A DNA stretch of 63,388 bases, counting the filler, from Octopus bimaculoides (Eukaryota): the NCBI RefSeq assembly GCF_001194135.2. It is 4 parts of 4 records of this genome, joined end to end, with 100 filler letters (N's around TTAATTAATTAA, not from the genome) between each part and the next. Parts side by side here need not be neighbours in the genome. Positions count along the whole stretch, not along the records: positions 32,281 to 63,388 come from NC_068995.1; 3 more parts are not named here. One strand, written 5' to 3'. A program made the translations under genes and the position numbers. The first letter of the stretch is position 1; each line of letters starts with the position of its first letter. Below are positions 36,621 through 48,925 of this stretch, piece by piece. The notes under the pieces were generated by a model. The model searched no databases and had not been told where the DNA came from. It saw only the letters and a program-made list of their open reading frames with translations.

Positions 36621-36749
36621 TTTACATTATTTACATTTGACGGATATTTTCCTCACCTTGTTTGTTGTTAACAGGTGTCTTGGAGAAATTTCGAATCTGG
36701 TTTCTCATTCCTAAGATATCTTTCGATGTTGTTGTTGTTGTTGTTGTTG

Positions 36750-36830
<81 letters not shown>

Positions 36831-36965
36831 TCACTGCTTGGAATCGAACTCGGAATCTTCGGGTTAGTAGCCCGCGCTGTTAACCGCTACGTCATATGTG
36901 CATGTGGTTAAGAGCACGGGCTACTGACCCCAAGATTCCGAGTTCGATTCCAGGCAGTGAGCTGA

Positions 36966-37032
<67 letters not shown>

Positions 37033-37217
37033 CATCAAAATATACCTTAGGAAGAAGAACCCAGGTTAGAAATTTCCCCAAGACACCTGATGAAGGCTGT
37101 AGAGTATATCAGCCGAAACATTGTGTTAGCAACAAATTAGATGAGGACGAATATCCGTCAAATGTAAACAATGTAGTTAATGTACATAATTCTTCATCTC
37201 TCAAATATAGAACTGTA
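36621..37217. mobile_element. Head-to-head palindromic SINE-like element: tRNA head + (AAT)n + Penelope-type hammerhead tail (locus A)
   Basis: Left arm (-) 36621-36899 and right arm (+) 36901-37217 are inverted homologues. B box GAGTTCGATTCC is in both. TTCCCTTATA flanks both ends (36604 and 37218), like a target duplication. Confidence 0.85.
37081..37127 (+). ncRNA. Minimal type I hammerhead ribozyme motif (copy A)
   Basis: AGACAC-CTGATGA-A-GGCTG-tagagtatat-CAGCC-GAAA-CA-TT^GTGTT. Core and stems I/II are intact. A G>A change breaks the ACGT stem III seen in the other copies. Confidence 0.8.
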
Positions 37218-37384
37218 TTCCCTTATACATATATAATAAGGGGCGGATTAGTTTACAGGTTATCTAAACGATAAGGTATGCTAGGCAAGTGCTATAACGG
37301 TTACTAAACTCGTTTAAATATAAAGAAAATAGCAATTCCACATCACTTCCCAGCCACGTACACCATCTAATTAATTGAAAAATA

Positions 37385-38433
37385 TCATGTCATCCCATAA
37401 TTTCTGTCCGATTGTACCTTCTTTAAAATTGAATGAAATTTAATCGTATTTTAGAATGTCTAATGGAATTAAAAATTATTTTTATGCATTTGTGTACATT
37501 TAAACTAATGAAATATTATTTTACAAAATGATAGAATTAAAATTTTCTTTCATTAACACCATTTCTAACATAGATGTATCCAAAGAGCATTTGAGGCACA
37601 TAATGCTTTATGAGTACAAAAAAAGGTAACTCTGCCGCCAAAGCGACTCGAAACATACACTCAGTTTATGGGAAAGAATGCTTGGATGAAAGAACTTGCA
37701 GAAGATGGTTTGCAAAATTTAGAAGTGGAGATTTCAGCCTTGCAGGTGAAGATCGAGCAGGATATCCAGTTGAGCTTGATGATAAGCTCCTTCAGTCATT
37801 ACTTGAAGAAAATCCTGCATTATCAGTTGAAGAGTGGGCAATAAACCTTAGATGAAACCATACAACTGTTCATCGTCATCTTCAACAACTTGAAAAGGTT
37901 CCCAAACTTAGAAAATGTATGCCTCATGAATTGTCGGAAAGCAACCGTAAAATCCCGAGTTGACATCTGCTCTTCTCTCCGTTCTTGTGAACTCGTTTCA
38001 CACTTTTTGTGTAGACTTGTGATTGGTGACGAAAAAGGAATCTTCTATCGAAATATTAAAAGTCGTAAACAGTGGCTTGGTAAAAGGGAAAAAGCTCAGC
38101 CACAACCGAGAAGGGATCTTCATGGGAAACAGGTTCTTCTCTCTATCTGGTGTGATTGCAAAGGAGTAATCCACTTTGAATTGTTACCACTTAATACAAC
38201 AATCAATGCTGAAGTCTACTGTCAGCAATTAGAGCGTTTAAACCAAGCCTTGAAGAAAAGAACTCCTCTAATGAATCGAAAAAGAGTGAATCGAAAAAAG
38301 CTTGTAAATAAAGAGAAGGAAGTCAAAGATAATCAGGGAATGTACATTGTTGATTAAATTTCAATTAAATATAACATTGTATCACTTCTTTTCTTTATTC
38401 AAACTTTTGGACAGAACTTATGTGATGACATGA
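37385..38433 (+). mobile_element. Mariner of the same family as 22592-23858, internally deleted
   Basis: TA|TCATGTCATCCCATAATTTCTGTCC ... GGACAGAACTTATGTGATGACATGA|TA. The transposase jumps from LMNRKRV to the C-terminal KEVKDNQGMYIVD, losing the second and third catalytic D. GAATCGAAAAA is duplicated at the junction. Confidence 0.92.
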
Positions 38434-38447
38434 TACATATAAACTTT

Positions 38448-39620
38448 GCTGGCCTATAATAGACTCTGGTATTCCATATCAGAGCCAGCACTCCATTCGT
38501 GGACTCTACTTAGAAGCTCTCAAACTTTTAACCCATAACTCACCACAATTGCTTAATAAAAACAACGAAGACTTCAGTTCGTGTAAGCAGGAATTCTTCC
38601 GCAATATTAAATTCTTTCGTAAATCTAAATCTAAGTTCATCCCCTACGAATAAAACCCACATACAAAACTCCATGATCATTAACACGTGCCCCTTATGAT
38701 CTCTTCTGTCAACCTTACCTCATCACTTTATAAGATAAATATTAATTTAATATATTTTAAAACCTGAACCTAATAAATCTCCTAATATTTAATTCTAACT
38801 CCACCTAAATAATTTAACATTCAACTAGTTTCTCCATTCACGACTACCTACACACCCATTGCTAAAAATAACTCTACAGCCACAGACCTCAAACAGAACG
38901 GACACATGCATTTACTACTGGATTTCTTCCCCAAATCTTATAGACCAGAAGAATACCACTGGCACCCACTGCTCTCTTGAAATTCCTTTTTATTTTGCTC
39001 TATTTGGTAATGTTTTTACGTTATCTTCCTCTACCTCCACCTCCTATCTCTTATAGGATTTCCTCCCCAACACTTATAGATTAGAAGAATACCACTGGCA
39101 CCTATATCTTTCTTTAAATTCTTTTTATTTTGCTCCATTTTCTTTTTTTTTACGTTACCTTCCTCTACCTCCTCCTCCTATCTCTTATCTTCTTGGCTAT
39201 ACTTTTACATTATATACTTAGCCACTATATGTTTATATACATTACTTTATCTTTAAAGCCAATCCTTAACTTCCCCATTCACTCAGTTTACTTCTCTTTC
39301 CATTTATTTACTTTTCCTTCTTTTTACAACTTAATGGCCACCTCCTTCTTTCTACCACTTAATGGCCACCTCCCCAACCATTCTGTTATTAAACGTTGAT
39401 ATGTTCTCGATGTTTACAATATTAGGACCTTAATTCACATGGATTTACGTAGGATTGCACCTTATGTACATATTTCTACAATATCGGAAAAGTGAACTGT
39501 GAAATTTTGATTCTTTTTCTTCTCTATCTTCATCTCCTTATTCCTTTACTCCTACACTTCTCATTTTCCCTATTAGTCTTTGATGACAGAATATCTAATA
39601 CTCTGCGATATCCCACATAC
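38448..39620 (+). mobile_element. Penelope-like element 3' remnant: end of GIY-YIG ORF plus pyrimidine-rich 3' UTR
   Basis: WPIIDSGIPYQSQHSIRGLYLEALKLLTHNSPQLLNKNNEDFSSCKQ aligns with WAIIDSVLPYEGQ of the 52.6-kb copy and with the PLE C-terminal LLNK.E...C motif. GTCTTTGATGACAGAATA at 39576 matches the 51.7-kb motif. Confidence 0.7.
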
Positions 39621-40164
39621 TGAGTGAGGGAGACCCACTTCATTGAATTGTCTCACTTTATCCAGATAATTGGATGCCACAACATATTTTTCGTTTCCAT
39701 TATTTCATTGTACCATGAACTGCTTTGGCCACGTGAAGTGACACTTATTCTATCCTTAATTTATGAAGGACATACACGACCCCGCAAATTCCAAATCGAT
39801 GTGGAGATATGAATCTCACGAATAATGTTCAATAATTGGATTTGTGCATGATATATTTTAACGTATTCTACTAAATAAGTTTTCAGTAAGATTCATATAT
39901 GCTAAAAAAGAAGAAATATTATAATATGTCACCATAAATCTTGTATCACACTGATTAAATATTACTGATTGTAAATTCTAACAGAAAAATTTCAATCCAC
40001 TTTGATTCTAATAACATTTGATATTATATTTTTGATATTGGACCATTTCTTGTGTTATTTCCTTCTGGTTATGTTCTTTCAATTTCCTTATTTCGACTGA
40101 GGATTATGAAATTTTCCTTCTATTCAATAATTATATTAATATTCCTAAAAAAAACACACTGCAA

Positions 40165-40300
40165 ATGAATACCCGAGGTCGACTTTGCCTTTCCTCCTTT
40201 CGAGATCAGAAAATTAAGTACCATCTGCGTACTGGGGTCGACCTAATCGACTGTCCCTCCCGCAAAATTTCGGGCCTTTTGTCTAGAGCAGAAAGGAATA
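40165..40300 (+). mobile_element. S1 SINE 3' part
   Basis: CCCGAGGTCGACTTTGCCTTTCCTCCTTTCGAGATC...TTAAGTACC...GGGGTCGACC. Confidence 0.82.
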
Positions 40301-40451
40301 TTATATGCCTTATGTCATACACACTGCCAATATAATTCGTTTAAAGTATCATCGATCCGCTTTTTACAAAATAAAATAACTGGGTGATTTTCTTGCTGTC
40401 ATGTCTGAAACCTCGTTTGAGCTCGTTTTGGACAAAAAATGTTGTTATATA

Positions 40452-41732
40452 TTAGGTTGGCAACTAAGTTCCTGACGTTTTTTTCTTATTAAAATTTTTT
40501 TAAAGGTGTATTAAAAAATAACAACTAATTAATCAATAACGTATTCACCCTTGTTGTTTACAACTTCTTCCCAACGTTCAACAAGATGTTCAATACTTCG
40601 TTGGTAGAAATCACCCGATTTCGACTTGAAAAATTGATCCAACCAATCTAATTCTGCATCAGTATTGAATGAAACTCCGCGCATAGCATTTGAAAGAGAT
40701 CGAAAGAGGTGGAAATCCGATGGTGCTAAATCAGGAGAGTACGGCGGGTGTGGCAGCACTTCCCAGCCATACATTAGAATGGCTTCCTTGGTCATATTGG
40801 CGATATGAGGGCGGGCGTTGTCGTGCAGCAGAAGAACACCATGCTGACGATTAGGTCTGTTCTCTTGAATAGCCGTGTTGAGTCGTTCCATCTGTTGAAC
40901 ATAGAGTTCCGCGTTGACAGTTTGGTTCCTTTCAAGCAATTCGTAATGGATAATCTCTTCCCAGTCCCACCATACGCACAACATTGTTTTACGCGGATGA
41001 AAATCTTGTTTCACGCACGGTGTCGCTTGTTTACCGGGGCTAAGTCATTCCGTACTGCTTCTTATTGATATACAGGCATCATTTTCCGTCCTCAGTAACG
41101 ATTCGGTAAAGAAATCGTTGCTTATGTCCATGAGTTGAGCGTTGATGAGCAAGCAAACAAGCGGAGATTGTGGATCGTTGATTTTTGTTGTTTTCATGCG
41201 GAACCCATGCTTAATATTTCTGAACCTTTCCCATCGAGTGAAGATGCTTCTCTATAGCAGTGTGGGAGCATTCCATTTTCTCTGTCAGTTCTCTTGTCGC
41301 TTGACGAGAATTTTCGTGCAAAATTTGGTTTAATGGCTCTTCATCGAAATCAACTGGACGGCCAGAACAAGATGCGTCTTTGAGGTCAAAATTTCCATTT
41401 TTGAATTTAGCATACCAATCACGAGCCGTTCTTTCAGTTACGGCACCCTCTCCATACACTGCACAAATGTCGCGAGCAGCTTTTGTGGCCTTAGAACCTT
41501 GATTAAAAGCAAAAAAGAAAGAGGTATCGAAAATGCTCGTTTTTCTTAACTTGACATTCCATTTTAATGATCTGAAAATAAACAAAAATTAACTAAAATT
41601 AACTAGAAAAAATATAGGTTCCAAAATGATCCAAAAATAGAATTCTCGAAAAAAAAAAAAGATTTCAAAATTTAAGAACGCAATAAATTGCAAAACTTAT
41701 ATAAAAACGCGGGAACTTAGTGGCCAACCCAA
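40452..41732 (-). mobile_element. Full-length DD34D mariner of a second subfamily (about 1.28 kb); transposase pseudogene
   Basis: TA|TTAGGTTGGCAACTAAGTTCC ... GGGAACTTAGTGGCCAACCCAA|TA. RIVTEDGK*, LLHDNARPH and YSPDLAPSDFHLF, with 34 residues between the last two D. Stops and frameshifts are present. Confidence 0.95.
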
Positions 41733-42039
41733 TAGATCACTAACATAATGAAAGACGGTATTAAAACAAAAATGAGGGAAACATTTTATCCCATTGCTTT
41801 GGATTAACGTCCTCCTGAATGCATACATATAAATACTTTTTCATGTATCTAGATCATAACTAAAACTAGCTGACAGTTTAAAATTACCTTGATTATGCAA
41901 ATCAGACGAATTATTTCCTGTCTGTGTATAATAATGACGGGACGTATTGTCATTCATCCATGTTATGTTCTCTAACAAGATTTATTTATTTGAATAACTG
42001 CTGAATTAATAATTTTACAAAAAATACACCAATACGCCA

Positions 42040-42420
42040 GATATTATGTACTGCTGCTTTTCGTTATTCTCTACATTCTGAGTTCAAATTCCACCGAGGT
42101 TGATATTGCCTTTCATCTTTTCAAGGATCGATAAAATAAGTACCAGCTAAGTAGCAGAGTCGACGCAATCTACTACCCACTTGCCCCGAAGTTGCTGACC
42201 TTCTGCGAAATTATGAATGTTTAAGGCGGTGAGCTGGGAAAACCGCTAGCACACCAGACAAAATATTTTGAGGCATTTCGTTCATATTTACGTTTTGAGT
42301 TCAAATATTGCCGTGGTCGAATTTACCTTGCATCTTTTCGAGACCGATAAAATAATTATCAGTCAATCACTGCAGTCAATAAAATGTAATAGCCAACTTC
42401 TACAGAATTTCCGACCTTGT
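42040..42420 (+). mobile_element. Two tandem degenerate S1 SINEs
   Basis: TTCTGAGTTCAAATTCCACCGAGG at about 42077 and TTTTGAGTTCAAATATTGCCGTGGTCG at about 42294. Confidence 0.78.
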
Positions 42421-42739
42421 GTCTATAGCAGAGGGATTGCTAAATTCAGCATATAAATGCAAACTAAAAACTGTCATGAAATTATCCGCAATAACATTAT
42501 TGGTGGCACCTTGTATTTGCTTAATATGTGCATTTTTATATATCATTAATTTGGTCGATTCCCGAATGTTTGGTTAGAATTTCTGCGACACATAGGAGAA
42601 GTGCTATCTGTTGTATCTTTAGGTTACCCAATAGCTTGTGAGAGGAAGTTTGTGTTTGGAAAATATGCAGAAACATCCTTTGTGAATGCAGGACACTTTT
42701 ACCGTTTACACACTAATTGTTTCCGTCACTGGATTGCGG

Positions 42740-42972
42740 CATAATGTGCTACAACCATACAAGATTTTAGTCGAATAAATCCACCACACTACTTAATAAT
42801 TCATGCTGCTTATTCTAAACAGCCACTTTTGCAGAATCGCAAGGTTCAGGTGACGTAAACATGCCAACACCGGTTGTAACTAATGGTGGGGGACACAGAC
42901 AGAAACACACACATACGTGCTTACAAACAAACAAATACACACACGCAGATACACACATATATGCATGTGTAT

Positions 42973-43009
<37 letters not shown>

Positions 43010-43175
43010 CGTGTGTGTTTGTTGCATGTGTGTGTGTGAGAGGGAGAAATTCTTTCAGTTTCCTCCTCAAAGTGACTCACGCGGTTTTGGCTGGTCCGAG
43101 ACCATAGTAGAAAATACTTGTCCAATTTGACACGCAGTGGAACTGAACCCAGAGTCGTGTGCTCAGCATGAAACC
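42740..43175 (-). mobile_element. S2/S3 SINE with internal microsatellite
   Basis: Reverse-strand matches to 11728-12030. Confidence 0.68.
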
Positions 43176-45000
43176 TTTTTCCACGCAGGCACGCACGGTA
43201 CTCTAAATGTGTATGTATGTGTGTATGTATGTATGTATGTATGTATGTGTGCCTGTGCTTATATGTATGCGTATATATGTGTAAATATGTGTATATACAC
43301 TTATTTGTGCTGGTACGTGTTTATATTTAATATTTAAGCCCATGATACCACTCTTTAGATCAAAATGTTATTAAGAAATCCACTTCTTATAAATGGATAA
43401 AATAAAATCAATGCAAAGACAATTCAATTGTATATATCAATGAGCATCAATGGATAACTTAAGAGCGCTACATGAACAATACAGGTATAAAATTGATCAG
43501 CTGGAATCTTGGAAGCTACTAAATGAAACAACACAATAAGGTAAAATTCACCTGCTAAACATTTTCAAGGTAATGGCAATACCATATTATTGATGGTTTA
43601 CGTTTCAGTTGCATTGGTTATACTACCTTGTTAGAATAAGACTATTTGATATCTAATATCAACATATGACATGTAAATAATGCTGAAGAGATAGAGTTTC
43701 ATACCAGAAATGTTTCTTCATGTTAATTTTAAAATGTCGTATGATTTGTACATATGGTACAATACTGACTTAATTTATAATGAAAATTTTATTAATTAAT
43801 CTCAATAACAAAATTTGCATGTAGCTATTTTGAAATATTTGTACATTAATTAAAAGCATATTACCTGTATTGACCTGTATGCTTTATCAAATGGCATACA
43901 GATCGAATTTCATTCAGAGATTTTAATTAGAAGAGGGAACACTGCTGCCTATCATGTTATGGAAGTTCTAGTACTGGTGAGGTTAATACTTTTAACCTGA
44001 ATAAAGTTCTGCGCAACCAATGGTCACACTACAAAACAAAAACATCCTTCGGTATGTTTTGCTCCTTTCAACGATTAATATTTTGGAGACTGCTAGCGAG
44101 TGTCAATGCAAAGAGACAATATGTTAATTATAGCAGCCAAATTAGCCTCAAATTGAACCTTAGCGTCGTAAGAGAAAGGCACATTGCATAATATAATAAA
44201 ATATACCTAGTGACGCTGTATGTAATAAGAAGACAGGATGATTACTGTTTGACATCATGTTGATCTGAATAAATTTCCTTGGAGGGTACAAGAGCAAAAC
44301 AACAACAGCTTCTGCTGTGTTTAAAGCTTTCTGAGACTCATTTCCGAGTTCATTGGCGGATGTGTAATATACTGAGGACGATGGTTGAAAGTGCCTCGAT
44401 GAACGTAGTAAGTTATTGCATTAACTGCTGTGTTTCTATCTGTAGTGTTGATATAAAAGCATGAGGAAATGAGTAATTATGAAGTTTTCTTTCTTACGAA
44501 ATCGCTCACAAATTTCAATTTAATTTTTAATGAAGATATAAAAAAAAATGAAACTCATAATTTAAATTAGAATAACAGTTTAAAAATTATGAAAATCAGA
44601 AAAAAAGGTTAAGTAAAAAAGTGAAGCAAAATCTAGAAAAAATGGGAAGAAAAGAGACGAGAAGTAGAAGAGGAGACAGAAGAAGAAAAGGAAGTAAAGA
44701 AAAGATGGTCGTCTTTTCCTCAGATTTCATTTAAAGGAAATCTATAGAAAATAATGATTCATAAGACGAGAAGTTTAAAGAGTACATTTCCCTCTTTCCC
44801 CTTCCTACATACAATTACATTGCAAAACACACATATGAACACGTGTGTGTACATACATAAGTATGTAGGATGTATATATATATATATATATAAATGCGTG
44901 TGTATGCATGTCTATATATATGTACATGTGCATATATGTATATAGATATAATATAAACGTATGTGTCTGTGTGTGAGTGTATATATATGTATGCATATAC

Positions 45001-45031
<31 letters not shown>

Positions 45032-46437
45032 TGAATATGTATATATGTATCGCCCATCAGTGAGTATCATCTTTTAATCGTTCCTGTATGTTTTCTTATT
45101 GTTCATGAAATTTATTTCCTAAGTGAAAACTGTATGGATTTATTGATGCATTATCGATTTATTGATCTATGTACATAATAAACTTGTCTCTTTATTAAGA
45201 TTACAGAGATCTCTTCTTTAACAAATATTGAATAAACGGAATTACTTCACCCAGATGAGGGAATACAAAGCAGAATAAAAACAAACACGAAATGGATGTG
45301 TAATCTTATGTTAGTATATTATGATGATAACATAAATATTAGGATTTAGATAACTTAAACAAGTTTTTACTCTTAACATAAAATATGAATCCATCTACAT
45401 ACGTGGCATGATTGTGTGAAACCTATTTATGCAGTGTATTTAGCCATCTATTCATATAATGAAAAACAATAAAATACACGTAATTCATCTCTATCTCAGA
45501 TATTGTCACAGAAATCGGTTTATGTATATTGCACGTGTATATGCATGTATCTACATACGCACATCTATATATACACATATATGCATGTGCGTGTGTATAT
45601 AGATATATGTACACTAACGACGAAAGAAGACGTTTATCTATAAGTCTAAGACGCACTAATGCGGTGAAGTCAAATATCGATTATATATTGAGCACTACAT
45701 AATGCTACTGCGCATATATATATACTGACTTCCACATGAAAGAAACGTGGACATTTAAAGACCAGCTTTAAAGAAATTAATCCCTTAGCATATCTATTGT
45801 GAGACAGGGACATGTATATTACAAGTATTTCTTGTAGTCCATAATCATACCATTGATGAGAAATGAAATGTGCCTCATGGGATGTTAAATTCTATTGGAT
45901 GTGCGTACAATGCACAAAGATAGCCAACTTTTGTAGGTGTCACTGAAGAAAAATGTTTGAGTAACACTTTATACAGTTAATGCAATAATGACACCTTACA
46001 TATAAACAGATATTAGCCTTGATAATTGTGCCATGTATGCTGAATACGTCCTTAGAATACTGTCGTCTGCCATTTCTCGGGTGTATCAAGCCTTAAGTGC
46101 ACTACTTCTGCAGCTTGCGAGAAAGCATAACTCTTGTCAACGAAGACTGACAAGTCTAAAATTACGTGAAATAACAAGCTTTAAATGAATTTGAGAGAAC
46201 AATAATCAGAAACTCCGAGGAAAAAGATGACATTCAGTTGTCCACAACCAAACGCAGTTCTTAAATAAATACTTCAGAAGGTAACGATTAAGTTGTTACA
46301 AACCTGAATAAACTGGAATAGTGAACGTATGGAAAGAGAACTCGCTTGTTTGTTGCATTAAAGCTGATTGTTGGATTCATGATGGCTTCGGAGATCCGTT
46401 TAAGCTTTATGTTAAAATAAGAGATAGATAGATAGAT

Positions 46438-46481
<44 letters not shown>

Positions 46482-47747
46482 GGGGTGGTCCAAATTTGAG
46501 ATTTGGAGCAGAATAATTTTGTTAAAAGTATCACGAGAAAAAAATATTCCAAACCCAATTTATATATAAGCGCTTTTGCTCGTGTGCATGTATGTGTGTG
46601 CATATGTATGTGTGCACTTGTTTTGTGTATACGTCTGTGTACATGCCATCATTGTTTTTGTGTATATGTGTGTATACGCCTCGCCTTCGTTATACATATG
46701 TAAGTAAAACACAATCGCCATTCATACACTCCCCTACAACATATTTGGTTTTCGTTCACATTTCTTTTCTGCTTTTTTAACTTTTACTTTCTACTTTGGA
46801 TTTTCAAAATTGTAGCACAAAAAATGCTTTCTTATTCTAAAACGATGTGTTATTATGTAATAATATTCACCCAATTAGAAGAAAAAAAGAATGCATTGCA
46901 ACAGGTGGTTATAATAGAGTGAAATAGTAACGAAGTTGTGCTTGAAAATTTATATAATTGATCGAACCAATTCTGTAATGGACTCAATGTTTCATTTTTA
47001 TCGATTAAAAGTGAAATTTAAATTCCAAATAAAGACGAATATAAGGTCATTGTATATATTACGTTGCTGCTCTGGTATTGAAATCAAATATGATCGAGTA
47101 TATATATATTACAACAACATTGAAAGTTATGATAGCTTTGTTTACACATATCTACCAATGCATTGGCAAAAGTCTCCTTTTTCAAAGTCGGTAATTTTAA
47201 ATTTAATGAGATCGGTCTACATCTTCTAAAGAACCATGATAAGGCGGCGGCGCAAAACTTTTATTTTCTTGTCGGAGTCTAAGTGAACATAATTGTTGGA
47301 TTATTTGTTTCCGATGTTAAACAACAGGAGTACGTAAGAAATTACATCTAGGTCGGAAGTTTCCAATCTTGAACACAGACGTTCATATATAATCCGTATG
47401 CATTAACCTTACTAATTGTGTGAAGTTATCTCATGGGTACCGCGGTTAGGTGAGATACCCGACTCTACAAAATATCATTTACCGCTCAATTATCTCGTGT
47501 AACGTAAGTGTTACACAATGTTGTTTGAAAGGGGTGTATTAACCTAATCGCAAGCTATTTCCTAATTATTTTTCAACATTTCCAACATCAGATATGAACT
47601 AACTTGAGGCTGGGGGTGGATAAATTTCATACGTACGGGCCGAATTTACGTAGAATATTTTCTTTCACTTAATTTGTTGTCAACACCTTTCTATAATTAT
47701 TTATATTATTTACATTTGACGGATATTTGTCCTCATCTTGTTTGTTG

Positions 47748-47797
47748 TTACCACAACGTTTCGGCTGATATATACCCTCTAGTCTTCATCAGGTGTC
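47748..47797 (-). ncRNA. Minimal hammerhead motif (copy C)
   Basis: Minus strand: GACAC-CTGATGA-A-GACTA-gagggtatatat-CAGCC-GAAA-CG-TT^GTGGT. Core and ACGT stem III are intact; stem II has two mismatches. Confidence 0.7.
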
Positions 47798-48030
47798 TTA
47801 CGGAAATCTCGAACTTAACCACTTAACCGCGCTGTTAACCACTACGCCATATGCCCACGGGCATATGGTGTAGTGGTTAAGAGCGCGGGCTACTAACCGC
47901 AAGATTCCGAGTTCGATTCCAAGCAGTGACCTGAATACTACTACTACTACTACTACTAATAATAATAATAATAAACAACAATATCAAAAAATACCTTAGG
48001 AATGAGAACCCAAGTTCGAAATTTCCCCAA

Positions 48031-48073
48031 GACACCTGATGAAGGCTGGAAGGTATATCACCCGAAACGTGTT
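48031..48073 (+). ncRNA. Minimal hammerhead motif (copy B, degenerate)
   Basis: GACAC-CTGATGA-A-GGCTG-gaaggtatat-CACCC-GAAA-CGT-GTT. There is a 3-nt deletion at the cleavage site. Confidence 0.65.
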
Positions 48074-48579
48074 AACAACAAACAAGATGAGGACAAATAT
48101 CCCTCAAATGTAAATAATGTAAATAATGTACATAATTCCACATTTGTTAAATATAGAACTGTACTCTTTTATATTTAACAACCAGCTTGCTAAGAACATT
48201 TAACACAAAGTAGATCGCCGTGATTGGTCAGTATTGCTAAGCAAAGAAAGAAAAAATACTTTTAAAATGGCTATTGCCTAAAATTAGACAGTTACTTTGA
48301 ATGCAATTTATTACTTACATGTCCTGGTTTGGGAACGTTAGCTTTATTTAGGACAAAATAGGGGCAGATATAATTAGACACATATTCGTACTTGCGAAAT
48401 TCACACAATTACGATGTATATTTGCGTTTTATAACCATTGCTGTGGCGAATAAATTTTGCCTGCTTTTTGTGTAATTTGATTCACATCAATTAGTTTGTT
48501 TTGAGTTGGTAGTTTCCAGACTCAAATCATCCAATATTGTGAGTATCATTAATCTTTTACTTCTTTTTTGTCATTAGTC

Positions 48580-48925
48580 TACGGTCATGTTCCTAATGAG
48601 TGAACACAAGTACTATTTATATCAAAGCCAGATATGTATTCTATCGGCAGCTTTGCCAATATGCTAAATTATTAGGACGTAAAAAACTCATTAGTTGTGA
48701 AGCCATTTTGAGGGACAAACACATACTTATATACATACATGTATGAGTAAATATTGTATGTATATATGTATATACGATGGGTTTCTGCTTCCATTTAGCA
48801 AATCCACTAACAAGGCTTTGGTTGGCCCGAGTTTATAACAGAAGGCACAAGCACAATGTGTCACGCAGTGGGACTGAACCTGAAACCATCTGTTTGGGGA
48901 CAAAACTTCTTAACCCTCGGCCACA
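48580..48925 (-). mobile_element. Older S2/S3 SINE
   Basis: AAATCCACTAACAAGGCTTTGGTTGGCCCGAG...CACGCAGTGGGACTGAACC on the plus strand. Confidence 0.72.

Larger units (their letters stand above)
47700..48163. mobile_element. Head-to-head palindromic tRNA-head/hammerhead element (locus B)
   Basis: Centre ...ACGCCATATGCCC-AC-GGGCATATGGTGTAGTGG.... The right arm is complete: A box TGGTGTAGTGG 47866-47876, B box 47889-47900, (ACT/AAT)n, hammerhead and tail ending TAGAACTGTA. The left arm is internally deleted. Confidence 0.87.

Noticed and set aside
44279-44464. 61-aa ORF with a GTAAGT donor-like site at about 44404
   Set aside because: No recognisable homology. Alternative frames on both strands are similarly plausible and it abuts an old repeat.
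47859-47932. Possible tRNA gene (anticodon ACT)
   Set aside because: The acceptor stem cannot pair (GGGCATA versus CAGTGAC). It is the head of the SINE-like element.
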